A stretch of DNA of 64,000 nt from Candidatus Woesebacteria bacterium GW2011_GWB1_39_10 (GTDB lineage: Bacteria > Patescibacteriota > Microgenomatia > UBA8517). The notes below the pieces were generated by a model that did no database searches, had not been told where the DNA came from, and was given only the letters and a program-made list of their open reading frames with translations. Below are positions 38,920-48,690 of this stretch, piece after piece. The first letter of the stretch is position 1, and the number at the start of each line of letters is the position of its first letter. Both the position numbers and the translations under genes were made by a program. The stretch lies in contig LBVU01000004.1 of assembly GCA_000993205.1 (NCBI GenBank), forward strand, positions 208,030 through 272,029. Direction: 5' to 3'.

Positions 38920-39806
38920 ATATTGAGGGATTTTAAATACTCTCTAAATTCACCATTAATATCCGGACGGGCGAGGGCAAATTCGACTACGGTTTTGAGG
39001 TATTCCATCTTGTTACCAGTATCGTAATATTTGCCGTTTTTGATCTCAACAGCCAGAACTCTCTTTTTGTCATCAAGCATAAGTTTCAATGCGTCGTTGT
39101 AATAAAGTTCAGCACCAACCTTTAAATTTGCTAAAGCTGTATCCAAATAGTCGAAAATGTCGGAAGTAAACAGATAACCCGAAATATTCATCATGTCTGA
39201 AGGAGCTTTGTCTTTACCCGGTTTCTCGATAATTTCTTTTACATCCATTATCCCATCTTCAAGCATTACCCCACCAGAGCACCCATACCTATTGTAATCT
39301 TCATCCTTAGTAGCCCTTAGACTTGCCATACAACTGGCACCATATTTTTCATATGCCACAATAAGTTGTTTAAACCTGTTAGGTTCAGCTTTAATGAAAT
39401 CGTCACTCCAGGTATAAATAAATGGTTCATCTCCAATTAAATGTTTCACATTAAAAAGCGGGGTACCATTGCCATATGGGCCTTTTTGCCTAACATAAAC
39501 AAAATTGGCCATATTTGAAATTTTTTCTACTTCTTCCAACAAATAGCGTTTCTTTTCTCCTCCCATTTTGAGATTTTCAATTAAATCAAGATTGGGGGAA
39601 TCAAAATGGTCTTCAATCCCTCTTTTGTGATAACCGGTAACTATAAAAATGTCCTGAATTCCGGCCTCGACCAACTCCTCTACAACATACTGAATGACCG
39701 GTTTGTCTACAATCGGAAGCATCTCCTTGGGCATTGCTTTTGTTTGGGGAAGAAAACGGGTTCCAAAGCCGGCTGCGGGGATAACTGCTTTACGAACTTT
39801 ATTCAT
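38916..39806 (-). CDS. galU: UTP-glucose-1-phosphate uridylyltransferase family
   Basis: KAVIPAAGFGTRFLP.TKAMPKEMLPIVDKP, IEKP, YDTG. Confidence 0.88.
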   Translation of the reverse strand: MNKVRKAVIPAAGFGTRFLPQTKAMPKEMLPIVDKPVIQYVVEELVEAGIQDIFIVTGYHKRGIEDHFDSPNLDLIENLKMGGEKKRYLLEEVEKISNMANFVYVRQKGPYGNGTPLFNVKHLIGDEPFIYTWSDDFIKAEPNRFKQLIVAYEKYGASCMASLRATKDEDYNRYGCSGGVMLEDGIMDVKEIIEKPGKDKAPSDMMNISGYLFTSDIFDYLDTALANLKVGAELYYNDALKLMLDDKKRVLAVEIKNGKYYDTGNKMEYLKTVVEFALARPDINGEFREYLKSLNI

Positions 39807-39832
39807 TGGTAGCTGAAAGTATACAGGTTGCG

Positions 39833-40090
39833 TTATTGCAAAATCAAGGAAAAGATAATTACAGTTCCTAAAATAGCCACAGCCAGATATTCCATAAAAA
39901 CCTCGAAGTGTAAATCTCTATGAATGTGGTGATGAATCAATCCCCATGAAACGTATGAAATTCCAGTTGCCAGTGCCACGGCAATTTGGAAGTTTCTGTC
40001 ATAGGAAAAAAGGGTGAGACCTGCAAAACCGGCCAAAAGAATGCCAATCAGAAGCATGTAGTGTGGTAAATCCCGAACAAAAGATTTCAT
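39833..40090 (-). CDS. Small 3-TM hypothetical protein
   Basis: Hydrophobic; WGLIHH...EY motif. Confidence 0.65.
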   Translation of the reverse strand: MKSFVRDLPHYMLLIGILLAGFAGLTLFSYDRNFQIAVALATGISYVSWGLIHHHIHRDLHFEVFMEYLAVAILGTVIIFSLILQ

Positions 40091-40098
40091 AATAGTAA

Positions 40099-41049
40099 TT
40101 ATATAATTTGTCCTGCCTTAAGTATCAGTATAACTGCCAAAATCATTCCAAGGAAAGCTATATGGGCAAGGGTTCTGCCGCCAATCCTGGCAATCCTTTT
40201 TCTCCTTATAACAATTATGTCAATTGAAAGAGCCATAAGAAGTAATCCCAGAACTGCCGATGAAAGATTTTTAGTTGAACTAAAAGGTGAAATGAAAACA
40301 GACGAGATTGATTGCGGGGACGCTTGGGGAAGTGGTGTGGGAGTCCTGATGATAACCGGTGCAATGGTTGGCTCTGGCGATAAAGACGGGGTTGCCAATT
40401 TTTTGGGAGCGATCGATGGCTTGAGTGCCACTGATTTACCCTGTTCCTGAGCCTGAGCAATCGGAATTGAGGGGGAGTTCCCCAGTGGAGCGCCGAAAAA
40501 TTGGACAATAACCGTTGTATCAACCCCGGCCAAATTACCCTCAACAACTCCAATACCGATTTCCTTGTATTTAGAATTTAATATATTTTCTCTATGTGTT
40601 GGAGAGTTCATCCAAGCGTTAACAGCATCATTGGCGTTACTGAAATCTCTGGCCAAATTTTCCCCGGCATATTGATATTTATAGCCAAAACTCAGGAAAA
40701 AACTCCAAGGCGAGGTTCCGTCCGGAGCAAAGTGGGCCCAATACCCTTTTGCCAACATATCGTTACCCTTGGCCAAGGCTGCAGAATCCAAATTCGCATT
40801 TTCGGTAACTGTCGATAAACCATTTGCCGCCCTTTGAGCATTGGTTAAACGGATTACCTCACCAGGCGAAATGTTGGCTGCATAACCTAAAACCCGTGGA
40901 AGACCTCTGGGGAAAACATTTAGAAGCAACTGAAAACCAACCAGAAAAACAGCGATTATAGTTAAACTTGATGGATGCAAAATCTTACCCTTTTGATTGT
41001 TGGACTCATGAGGAATAAAAAGGTGATGTAAAAATCTAAGAAGTTGCAT
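40099..41049 (-). CDS. CAP/SCP-domain membrane-anchored protein with Pro/Thr linker
   Basis: LTNAQR, YWAH, AGENLA, WMNSPTHRENIL, IGIG. Confidence 0.88.
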   Translation of the reverse strand: MQLLRFLHHLFIPHESNNQKGKILHPSSLTIIAVFLVGFQLLLNVFPRGLPRVLGYAANISPGEVIRLTNAQRAANGLSTVTENANLDSAALAKGNDMLAKGYWAHFAPDGTSPWSFFLSFGYKYQYAGENLARDFSNANDAVNAWMNSPTHRENILNSKYKEIGIGVVEGNLAGVDTTVIVQFFGAPLGNSPSIPIAQAQEQGKSVALKPSIAPKKLATPSLSPEPTIAPVIIRTPTPLPQASPQSISSVFISPFSSTKNLSSAVLGLLLMALSIDIIVIRRKRIARIGGRTLAHIAFLGMILAVILILKAGQII

Positions 41050-41080
41050 TAATCAATATTAGCCCTTAGGAGCCACTGAA

Positions 41081-42073
41081 TCAACGATCACTATTATATC
41101 CTCGGGGGTGATTTTTGTGCCATAAATATGCAGACTCGACTATTTTTTGAAGATCGTATCTTGGTTCCCAATTTAATTCTTTTTTAATTTTTCCGTTATC
41201 CGCATAAAGGGCGGCTGCATCGCCTTCCCGTCTCGGAGCTATCCTAATCTGGATCTTTGAACCCGTTACTTCTTCAACTTTACTAACAACTTCCCGATTC
41301 GAATAACCCTTACCAATTCCCATGTTATAAAAACCGCTTGGTTTACCATCAATAATAGCTTGAATCGCAAGTGAATGCGCTTCCGTCAAATCCAATACAT
41401 GGATATAATCCCGAATACACGTTCCATCCGGAGTCTCATAATTATCTCCAAAGAGAGTAAATTCTGTATTTTCTAAAACTGATTTAATTAGGTTTGGAAT
41501 TAAATGGCTTTCTTCTGGGTGATCCTCTCCTATCGATCCATCCAAGGCGGCACCGGCCGCGTTAAAATATCTGAGACTTATAAATTTAATTCCATAAGCG
41601 GAATCGTAGTCTTCGAGCATTCTTTCCATCATATATTTGGAATCACCATAGGCGTTTAAAGGATTCTTAATGTCTTCTTCCATAATAGGAACGCGGATTG
41701 GATTTCCGTAAATACCGGCGGTCGAGGATAGTATAATGTTGGTTACTTTATTGTTCTTCATAGAATCCAAAAGATTGATAAAACCACTAACATTGTTGCG
41801 ATAGTATTTGGCTGGATCTTTGAAGGATTCACCCATCTGAATGAAGCTTGCCATGTGAATTACCCCATCAAACTTTTCCTGCGAGAAAAGCGCGTCAAGT
41901 TTTTCTTTTTGAGTGACTAAATCGATTTTTTCCAGTCTAAAATCTTTAACCGATTCTTTATGTCCTTGAGAAAGGTTATCGAGAACGACAGGGTCGCACC
42001 CTGTCAGTCGAAGTTGGCGAACCATGAACGATCCTATGTAACCTGCGCCACCTGTAACAAGTATTTTTTTCAT
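41081..42073 (-). CDS. galE: UDP-glucose 4-epimerase
   Basis: GGAGYIGS, YYRNN, YGDSK, LRYFNAAGA, DGTCIRDYIHV. Confidence 0.93.
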   Translation of the reverse strand: MKKILVTGGAGYIGSFMVRQLRLTGCDPVVLDNLSQGHKESVKDFRLEKIDLVTQKEKLDALFSQEKFDGVIHMASFIQMGESFKDPAKYYRNNVSGFINLLDSMKNNKVTNIILSSTAGIYGNPIRVPIMEEDIKNPLNAYGDSKYMMERMLEDYDSAYGIKFISLRYFNAAGAALDGSIGEDHPEESHLIPNLIKSVLENTEFTLFGDNYETPDGTCIRDYIHVLDLTEAHSLAIQAIIDGKPSGFYNMGIGKGYSNREVVSKVEEVTGSKIQIRIAPRREGDAAALYADNGKIKKELNWEPRYDLQKIVESAYLWHKNHPRGYNSDR

Positions 42074-42077
42074 TTTC

Positions 42078-42500
42078 TTAGACAAAACCTAAGTCTTTCA
42101 AGATAGATTGTACTTTTTTTGGCAGCTTTTGTAAAAATCTATAGATAAGGAAAATAACAATGCCTGCCCCGAGTGTATCAAATACGACATCGCGGATGCG
42201 CGCCTCGCGCCCCTGAGTAAACAACTGATGAAATTCATCGGAAGCTCCATAAAAAAATGCCAATATTACGGCCCAAATTGCAGCTTTTTTTTTGGGAATA
42301 TTTTCACCAAGTAGGCCCCTGTAAATTAATATTGCCAAAGCTCCAAAAAGAAACATATGACCGGTCTTTTTTACAGCAAAATCCCGCCAAAAAACTGAAG
42401 AGGCCGTAGGAACTGTACCTGATGAAAAATGAAATATTAGGTAAGCCCATATGGCGACCGGGAGCCAGAGGTCCAATTGTTTAAAAACTTTTTTACCCAC
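42078..42500 (-). CDS. VanZ-family membrane protein
   Basis: KKTGH, SDEFHQLF..GR...D...D. Confidence 0.85.
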   Translation of the reverse strand: MGKKVFKQLDLWLPVAIWAYLIFHFSSGTVPTASSVFWRDFAVKKTGHMFLFGALAILIYRGLLGENIPKKKAAIWAVILAFFYGASDEFHQLFTQGREARIRDVVFDTLGAGIVIFLIYRFLQKLPKKVQSILKDLGFV

Positions 42501-42512
42501 CGGATTAGTATA

Positions 42513-43307
42513 TCAAGATTCCAGACTTGTAGGTTGTTTGATTTTTCTTACCACTGTATATCCGGAGAATCCGATAAGCAAAAGCCCTGTTCCAATTAAG
42601 ATAACCGCAATAAATGGAAATTTTTTCTGATCAGCTACCTCTTTTTGAACTGGGGTAGGAGAAGCAGTGGAAAGTTCCGGTTCCGCCACAGTTGTTTGTT
42701 CACCCAAAACCTCCGGGGTTGGTGTTGGAGTTGGTCTTGGAGTAGGAGTTTTTGTAGGGGTGGGGACGGGAGTAGGAGTTTTTGTTGGCGAAGGAGTGGG
42801 AGTCGGTGTTGTAGTTGGAGAGGAGGTCGGCAGTGGGGTGGGTGTTGGAGTCGGCCCTGTAATTTTTATTGAAAGTTCATTCGACCAATCGGCGCCGGCG
42901 TCCCCGGCCGAAGTATATCTCCCAATTTTGAATAAATATTCACCGGGGCCAAGATAACTGGGATCCAGAGTATCAAGTTTAACATGAAGTTTACCGCTCC
43001 AACTTGCGTCAACCAGATCTTCCTTTGCAATTTTAAAATATCTAGACCTATCGTTATCAGATCCTATCCATTCTCCAATATTATTTTGAGTAAGACCGAA
43101 ATAACTAGTTCCGTTCGGATAAAATACCCCTCGCATATATGAGTCACCGCACCCGCTACAAGTCAAAAAAACATTTGTCTCAGCTTCATTCGATTGATCC
43201 ATTGTTGTCGGTAAATCTGAAATTGTAATTGACCAAGCCTCAACTATTGAAGGAAAAATAAACAACCAAATTGCAGAAATAACTATAATTGAAATTAACT
43301 TTTTCAT
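42513..43307 (-). CDS. Secreted protein with PT-repeat stalk and C-terminal TM anchor
   Basis: Signal peptide (VEA-W), (PT)n tract, EVLG motif, TM helix followed by basic residues. Confidence 0.8.
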   Translation of the reverse strand: MKKLISIIVISAIWLFIFPSIVEAWSITISDLPTTMDQSNEAETNVFLTCSGCGDSYMRGVFYPNGTSYFGLTQNNIGEWIGSDNDRSRYFKIAKEDLVDASWSGKLHVKLDTLDPSYLGPGEYLFKIGRYTSAGDAGADWSNELSIKITGPTPTPTPLPTSSPTTTPTPTPSPTKTPTPVPTPTKTPTPRPTPTPTPEVLGEQTTVAEPELSTASPTPVQKEVADQKKFPFIAVILIGTGLLLIGFSGYTVVRKIKQPTSLES

Positions 43308-43314
43308 CTTGCAT

Positions 43315-43344
43315 TTGTTTCAATGATTCGAATCATTGAAACAA
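43315..43344. repeat. Perfect 30-bp intergenic palindrome
   Basis: ttgtttcaatgattc|gaatcattgaaacaa, 7 nt upstream of the 43307 ATG. Confidence 0.9.
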
Positions 43345-43365
43345 TAATATTAAATATTAATAATA

Positions 43366-44499
43366 CTATTGTACGTGCAAATATAGACTTACAACTCCGT
43401 TTCCGTGTTCAATATAGACTATATTTATAGTGCTACCTCCACAACTTTCCGCCGATTTAAATAGATCTCCGTCTGCGGGTGCGCGGATTACATCGGACGA
43501 GGTAGATACCATATCAAAACCAGTATGAATTCCACCTGAATATGAATATTTCCATGACCATGGTGTATGGCCAAAATGCTGAGTAAGTCGAACAGTATCC
43601 TGTATTGGCCATTGCCAATTTCCGGAACCAATATTTACATTTCCACCTTTTTCTTCATCGTTAACTACTTTATTCTGCAAGTAAGTTGAGGGGTCAACCC
43701 AAACATTGTCCTTTCTAATCTCAAAGTGAAGATGTTTTCCCGTTGAACATCCGGGGTAACCGGAATTGCCAATGAGGGCAATTGCGTCACCAGCCTTAAC
43801 CGGACCAACTTTAATACCCGAAATAAGTGCTTTTTCAACTGCCGCTTTTTCGGCTAGCGCTTGAGAAAGAAGCGATTGATATTTGCTTTCATCGTTTTTA
43901 GTAGCAGTTAAAAGGTTTGCCTTGGCAATCTTTTGAGCGCCCAAATTTGCTTTCTGCTTTGTAAGCTGAGTCTGTAATTCTTCCTGATCCTGTTTTTGAT
44001 TTTGATATGTAGTTTGGGCAGTTTGAAGCCTTTCCAGAAGACTCCTGTCTTCTTCCTGGATACGTTTTAGATAGTGAAATCTTGAAACGGCATCATTAAT
44101 ATCTGGAGCTGTTATAACAAAAGTAAAATTGGTTTCGAACCGGGACATTCGATAAGTTTCTACCGCCCTGGAAGAAAACGCTTTGGTTAAACTCTCAAGT
44201 GAAATTTCCAATTGATCGATTCTGCCACCCAAAAGAAGAATTTTATCCTCGGTATCCGCAATTTTGAGTGTGTTTAATCTTATTTGGGCGTCGAACTGAG
44301 CAATTTGATTTTTGAGCGTGCTTGCCTGAGTTTTCTTTTGAAGTACGGCAGACTCCAAACACTTTATTTTTTCGTCAATCCTGTCTGGGGTCGAAGGAAT
44401 ATTGTCACAGTCATCAGCCAAAACAGAAGATAACCTGCCTATTAAAACTAATGCTAGGAGGATTGTTGCGAAAACCAAAAAATTTTTTGCATTTCTCAT
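43366..44499 (-). CDS. Coiled-coil plus M23 peptidase (EnvC/PcsB-like FtsX partner), circularly permuted M23 domain
   Basis: Signal peptide and long coiled coil; STGKHLHFE precedes WP...HTGFD...YLH. Confidence 0.85.
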   Translation of the reverse strand: MRNAKNFLVFATILLALVLIGRLSSVLADDCDNIPSTPDRIDEKIKCLESAVLQKKTQASTLKNQIAQFDAQIRLNTLKIADTEDKILLLGGRIDQLEISLESLTKAFSSRAVETYRMSRFETNFTFVITAPDINDAVSRFHYLKRIQEEDRSLLERLQTAQTTYQNQKQDQEELQTQLTKQKANLGAQKIAKANLLTATKNDESKYQSLLSQALAEKAAVEKALISGIKVGPVKAGDAIALIGNSGYPGCSTGKHLHFEIRKDNVWVDPSTYLQNKVVNDEEKGGNVNIGSGNWQWPIQDTVRLTQHFGHTPWSWKYSYSGGIHTGFDMVSTSSDVIRAPADGDLFKSAESCGGSTINIVYIEHGNGVVSLYLHVQ

Positions 44500-45413
44500 T
44501 ATCTTGACTTCTTTACTCTAGAAATCGCAAATAAACTTCCTGTCATGGCCAGAACCAATCCTGCAACAAGTTCAACGGCTAAAAATATTCCAAAAAGTTC
44601 AAAAAGTCCTAATGTATCGCGAGGAAGAACCGGAATTTCACCAAAATAGGTTACTGCGGACGGAGCAGAATAAAGAATCGCTATGAAGGAAATGAGCCAA
44701 CCCAAAAAAGCGCCGAACAATGAGTAGAAAAGAGCTTCAACTATAATGGGACTTCTGATAAATGCCGGGGTGGCACCGATCAGATTCAAAATCTCCACTT
44801 CTTCGCGGCGTACGGCCATTCTCATACTGATGATTATTAGAAGGACAACAAAAGAAGCGGCTCCAAGAATTCCCACAAAGGCTATTCCACCGATCCTGAC
44901 ATACATCGTTATAGTTCTTAATCTTGTAACGACATCTTTAAGACTGGATTCGCCTCCAATGGCAGCGGTAAAGCCCACTGAGTCGACTATTTTTTCTCCC
45001 TTCACCTGATCGATAACAGCTTGGGCAAAGGACAAATCTTTGACCGAAAATTCGAGAGATGCGGGGAATATCGAAGGGCTGACAAGTTCCCCAAGAAGGG
45101 GATTATCGCTTGTTGCATTTTTGTAAATAGAAAGAGCTTCTTCTTTACTGACATATTTAACTTCTTTTACACGAGTATCTTTTTCTAATTTATGTTGTAA
45201 ATCAGCAATATCCGTTTGACCTGTGTCGTCTTTTAGAAAAGCGATCACCTGAGGACGTGTCTCAAAATAAGTAATCAGTTTTGAGGAGCTATAAACCAAG
45301 GTGGCAACGAGTGTTGCGACAAAAAAAGTTAAAGTTAGAACAAACGTGGCGGCAAATGCCTGAAAGGGAGAGCGCTTTATATAACCGACTGCTGTACGAA
45401 AATGTATATTCAT
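44499..45413 (-). CDS. ftsX: Cell division permease FtsX
   Basis: YVSKEEAL, RREEVEILNLIGAT..FIR.P..VE; downstream of ftsE. Confidence 0.9.
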   Translation of the reverse strand: MNIHFRTAVGYIKRSPFQAFAATFVLTLTFFVATLVATLVYSSSKLITYFETRPQVIAFLKDDTGQTDIADLQHKLEKDTRVKEVKYVSKEEALSIYKNATSDNPLLGELVSPSIFPASLEFSVKDLSFAQAVIDQVKGEKIVDSVGFTAAIGGESSLKDVVTRLRTITMYVRIGGIAFVGILGAASFVVLLIIISMRMAVRREEVEILNLIGATPAFIRSPIIVEALFYSLFGAFLGWLISFIAILYSAPSAVTYFGEIPVLPRDTLGLFELFGIFLAVELVAGLVLAMTGSLFAISRVKKSR

Positions 45414-45416
45414 AGC

Positions 45417-45499
45417 TAATTAAAAATTAATAACTCAAAATTAATAACCATAACTTAAATCTAAAAACCATGAGAGTAAAAATTCTTAGTTATTAGATA
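45417..45499. repeat. Degenerate AT-rich heptamer array between ftsE and ftsX
   Basis: taattaa aaattaa taactca aaattaa ... gagagtaaaa ... tagttat tagatat. Confidence 0.55.
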
Positions 45500-46156
45500 T
45501 TAGTCCTTAGTTACTATTTTACCATTCACAATATTTATTATTCTCTTTTTAAATTTTTTAATTATATCCATATTGTGTGTTGCCATTATTACAGTTTTAC
45601 CTTCTTCGTTAATTTTTTCAAACAGTTTAACTACTCCTTCCGAAGTGTCCCAATCTAGATTCCCTGTGGGTTCGTCTGCTAAAAGTAGTTTTGGGTTTAC
45701 AACCAAGGCACGGGCAAGTGAAACCCTTTGAAGTTCGCCTCCGGAAAGCTGGGAGGGGAAGAGATTTATTTGTTTGGTAAGACCGACGAGTTTAAGAACA
45801 TGGTTAATTCTCTCTTTCCATTCATTCTCGGGAAGCCCGATAACCGCCAAGGCCACCTCTACATTTTCGCCCACTGTTCGTTCCGGTAAAACTTTAAAGT
45901 CCTGAAATACGGTACCTATTTTTTGCCTAAAATACGGAACATCTTTTGTCTTTAAATTTTTGATGTCTAAACCGTCAACGATAATGGTACCGCCATCGGG
46001 CGCAAGCTCCCCTAAAATTAATTTCAAAATAGTGCTTTTCCCGGCCCCTGAAGGGCCTGTTATAAAAACAAATTCACCTTTTTTGATCTCAAATGAGACG
46101 TCGGTTAAGGCGCTAACTGATCCAAACTTTTTTGTGACATTTTTGAAGTTGATCAC
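45500..46156 (-). CDS. ftsE: Cell division ATP-binding protein FtsE
   Basis: GPSGAGKST, VFQDF, LSGGELQR, ADEPTGNLD, ATH. Confidence 0.93.
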   Translation of the reverse strand: MINFKNVTKKFGSVSALTDVSFEIKKGEFVFITGPSGAGKSTILKLILGELAPDGGTIIVDGLDIKNLKTKDVPYFRQKIGTVFQDFKVLPERTVGENVEVALAVIGLPENEWKERINHVLKLVGLTKQINLFPSQLSGGELQRVSLARALVVNPKLLLADEPTGNLDWDTSEGVVKLFEKINEEGKTVIMATHNMDIIKKFKKRIINIVNGKIVTKD

Positions 46157-46158
46157 GT

Positions 46159-46587
46159 TTATTGAACCTGAATTTTAGAAATATCCATTAACCATCCGGC
46201 CTTTTTGGACGCCAATGTCTCCCCCCAAATGCGGACTTTCTTCCCAACAAAGCTTTCCAAATCGATTACGCTGGAAGTTAAATAAACAGTCTGACTCACT
46301 CCACCATCACGGTCAAGATGGTGAGTTCCTTCGTTTCCAATCCCGCCAGATACCAATGTTCCGACTGCATCAGTGTATTGAATTTTAGGATCCAATCTCC
46401 CTGCTTCCGTATCGGTCACCTTTGACCCCGGAGCGGCAACTGAAGAAGAATTATTATTCATAACTTTAAAGAAAAGAAGCCAGGCGGCCGCGACTCCAAC
46501 AACAACTGTGGCAAGAGCCCCGGCAATGAGTGGCCACGATTTTGATATTTTGGGAGTTTCCACAGCTACTTGATTTTGATTTTCCAT
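46159..46587 (-). CDS. Membrane-anchored hypothetical protein
   Basis: One N-terminal TM and a small beta-rich domain; TATATT 5 nt before the ATG. Confidence 0.7.
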   Translation of the reverse strand: MENQNQVAVETPKISKSWPLIAGALATVVVGVAAAWLLFFKVMNNNSSSVAAPGSKVTDTEAGRLDPKIQYTDAVGTLVSGGIGNEGTHHLDRDGGVSQTVYLTSSVIDLESFVGKKVRIWGETLASKKAGWLMDISKIQVQ

Positions 46588-46655
46588 AACTTAATATACC
46601 ACTTAAAAAGCTAATAGCGCAAATCGAAAAAGTAAAAGCTTTTCGTTTTTCCTTT

Positions 46656-47732
46656 TTAGCTCTTCGTTAATTTTAATTCTGCGTCTATAAATTCATCTAT
46701 CTCCCCGTCAAGAACCGCATCCGTGTTCCCCGTTTCCTCTTGAGTGCGAAGATCTTTTACCATTTTATAGGGATGTAATACGTACGAGCGTATTTGGGTT
46801 CCCCAGGAGGCGGGCCGGTAGTCCCCTTTAATTTCCTTTTTAACTCCCTTTTCAATCTCCTGCTGTCTAATCCATAGTTTTCCACGAAGAAGATCCAGGG
46901 CGATTTTTCTATTTTGCTCCTGAAAACGTTCGGTTGAAGCCGTAATCACAATTCCGGTCGGAATGTGGGTAAGCCGTACCGCTGTAGCCACTTTGTTAAC
47001 ATTTTGACCTCCATGCCCGCCGGCATGAATAAACTGCCAATCGAGATCGTTATCTTTAATTTCCATATCATGAAGGTCGGTATCGGTTAGTTCAGGCATG
47101 ACTTCGACAAGCGCAAACGAGGTTTGTCTGAGCTTGTCCGCATTAAAAGGAGATTGGCGCACCAACCTGTGAGTTCCCGCCTCTCTTTTTAAGTAGCCGT
47201 AGGCATAATGCCCTGTAACTTTGAAAGTAACGCTCTTAATTCCGGCTTCTTCTCCCGAAGTATAATCAAGGTTCTCGGTTGGCCACCCACGGCGTTCACA
47301 AAAACGCAGGTACATGCGATATAGCATATTGCTCCAATCCATGGCTTCTGTGCCTCCTTGGCCGGCATGGATTGAAACTAGGGCATTCTTAGCGTCATAT
47401 TCTCCGGAAAGATAGGACATGAGCTCGAGCCTGGCAAGAGTTTTTTCCGCCTTTATTACTTCAGATTCATCCTGAACCAGTCCATCATCCTGAACTAGTT
47501 TCAGGATCTCCAAAGTTTCTGCGAGACTTTCAATTTCCTCAACTTCTTTTTTAATGTCCGAAAGCTCCTGGGTAACCGCCCTGGCTTGGTTTGGATCATC
47601 CCAAAGTGTAGGCTCGGACGCCTTGGCCTCAAGTTCAACTATTTTTTGCTTTTTTTCCGGAAGACCAACAACCTCGATAAGCTTTTCCAGACGTACTATT
47701 AGCTCATCAATTTTTTGTTTAAATTCCTGCAT
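46656..47732 (-). CDS. prfB: Peptide chain release factor 2 (single continuous ORF)
   Basis: GQGGTEAMDW, RLVRQSPF, GGQNVNK, QIRSYVLHPY. Confidence 0.96.
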   Translation of the reverse strand: MQEFKQKIDELIVRLEKLIEVVGLPEKKQKIVELEAKASEPTLWDDPNQARAVTQELSDIKKEVEEIESLAETLEILKLVQDDGLVQDESEVIKAEKTLARLELMSYLSGEYDAKNALVSIHAGQGGTEAMDWSNMLYRMYLRFCERRGWPTENLDYTSGEEAGIKSVTFKVTGHYAYGYLKREAGTHRLVRQSPFNADKLRQTSFALVEVMPELTDTDLHDMEIKDNDLDWQFIHAGGHGGQNVNKVATAVRLTHIPTGIVITASTERFQEQNRKIALDLLRGKLWIRQQEIEKGVKKEIKGDYRPASWGTQIRSYVLHPYKMVKDLRTQEETGNTDAVLDGEIDEFIDAELKLTKS

Positions 47733-47751
47733 GAAGTAAATTTTACCACAG

Positions 47752-47792
47752 TTCCGTTCCGGGATCGGAATAGCTAGGCGAAACGGGTATTT
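47752..47792 (-). repeat. REP family B copy 1 (inverted)
   Basis: Reverse complement reads aaatacccgtttcgcctagcta-ttccgatcccggaacggaa. Confidence 0.75.
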
Positions 47793-48433
47793 TAGTCCAA
47801 AATCAACTGTTTGATTCGTGACAGGTCTCGTTGATATCCAACTCTATCGAGAACAAATTTTTGATAACTTTGTTTACCTAAAATATCTAATATAAGTGTT
47901 GGGTCAATTAAATTCGATTTTTCTTTGTGTAAATATTGAATGTATGATGAATATTTGTAATCTTCGGGTTTGTTGACAATATAATCAGTGACTGGATTCA
48001 AATGAATATACCTTGAAAGATGTAACAATTGCCTTTCATCAGAAATCCTAACAGCTTTAAAGTTACCAGAAAATAAGGCACCATTGACGTCGTACTTTTT
48101 ATTAAAATAGTGGGCATAGCTTCCACACAATCTCTGAATAAAATTTTTAATTCCATCCTCTGCTTCTTGTCTCAAGGTAAAATGATAGTGATTAGGCATC
48201 AAACAATAATTAAGCATTGAGACCAATTTATCATCTAACTGAAAAACATGTTTGTCTTTTTGTCTTCGATAAAAGGAAAACTTCACTTTGGGGAATTGTT
48301 GAAGATAATAGAGTGAAGCCTCCGTGAAAATTTGAAAGTCTTTATCGGATTTGAAAATTTGAATTTTGTGGGTTGATCTATTAAAAACATGGTAAATCTC
48401 ACCGGTTGCCAAAATAGTTTTTCTACGACTCAT
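47792..48433 (-). mobile_element. REP-associated tyrosine transposase (RAYT, HUH Y1) 2
   Basis: YHVFNR, YCLMPNHYH, FNKKY...GALF, YIHLNP, YSSY. Confidence 0.9.
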
Positions 48434-48466
48434 TGTATGTTAATAATATCACTGTTTAGAACTAAT

Positions 48467-48505
48467 AATACTGGTTCGTGGACACGTTCCGATCCCGGAT
48501 CGGAA
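48467..48505 (+). repeat. REP family B copy 2
   Basis: aatactggttcgtggacacg-ttccgatcccggatcggaa. Confidence 0.85.
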
Positions 48506-48512
48506 TTTTGCC

Positions 48513-48552
48513 AAAAAAAGCCCCGGTCAGGTTATTGAAACCCGATCAGGGC
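48513..48552 (-). terminator. Intrinsic terminator-like hairpin
   Basis: Minus strand gccctgatcgggtt-tcaat-aacctgaccggggc followed by T7. Confidence 0.55.
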
Positions 48553-48690
48553 GAAGTGGGACCGGTACTATACCATAGAATCAATTAAGCTTAATAGTAC
48601 AACTACTATAAGATTGTGAAAACAATTTATGTATGGTAAAATCCCTTTCGATAGTTGGCACATTTTTCAAATCAAAAAAAGGAGTTCGTT

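Noticed and set aside
42645..42957. Plus-strand Gly/Val- and Trp/Ser-repeat ORFs
   Set aside because: Antisense shadows of the PT-repeat stalk of 42513..43307.
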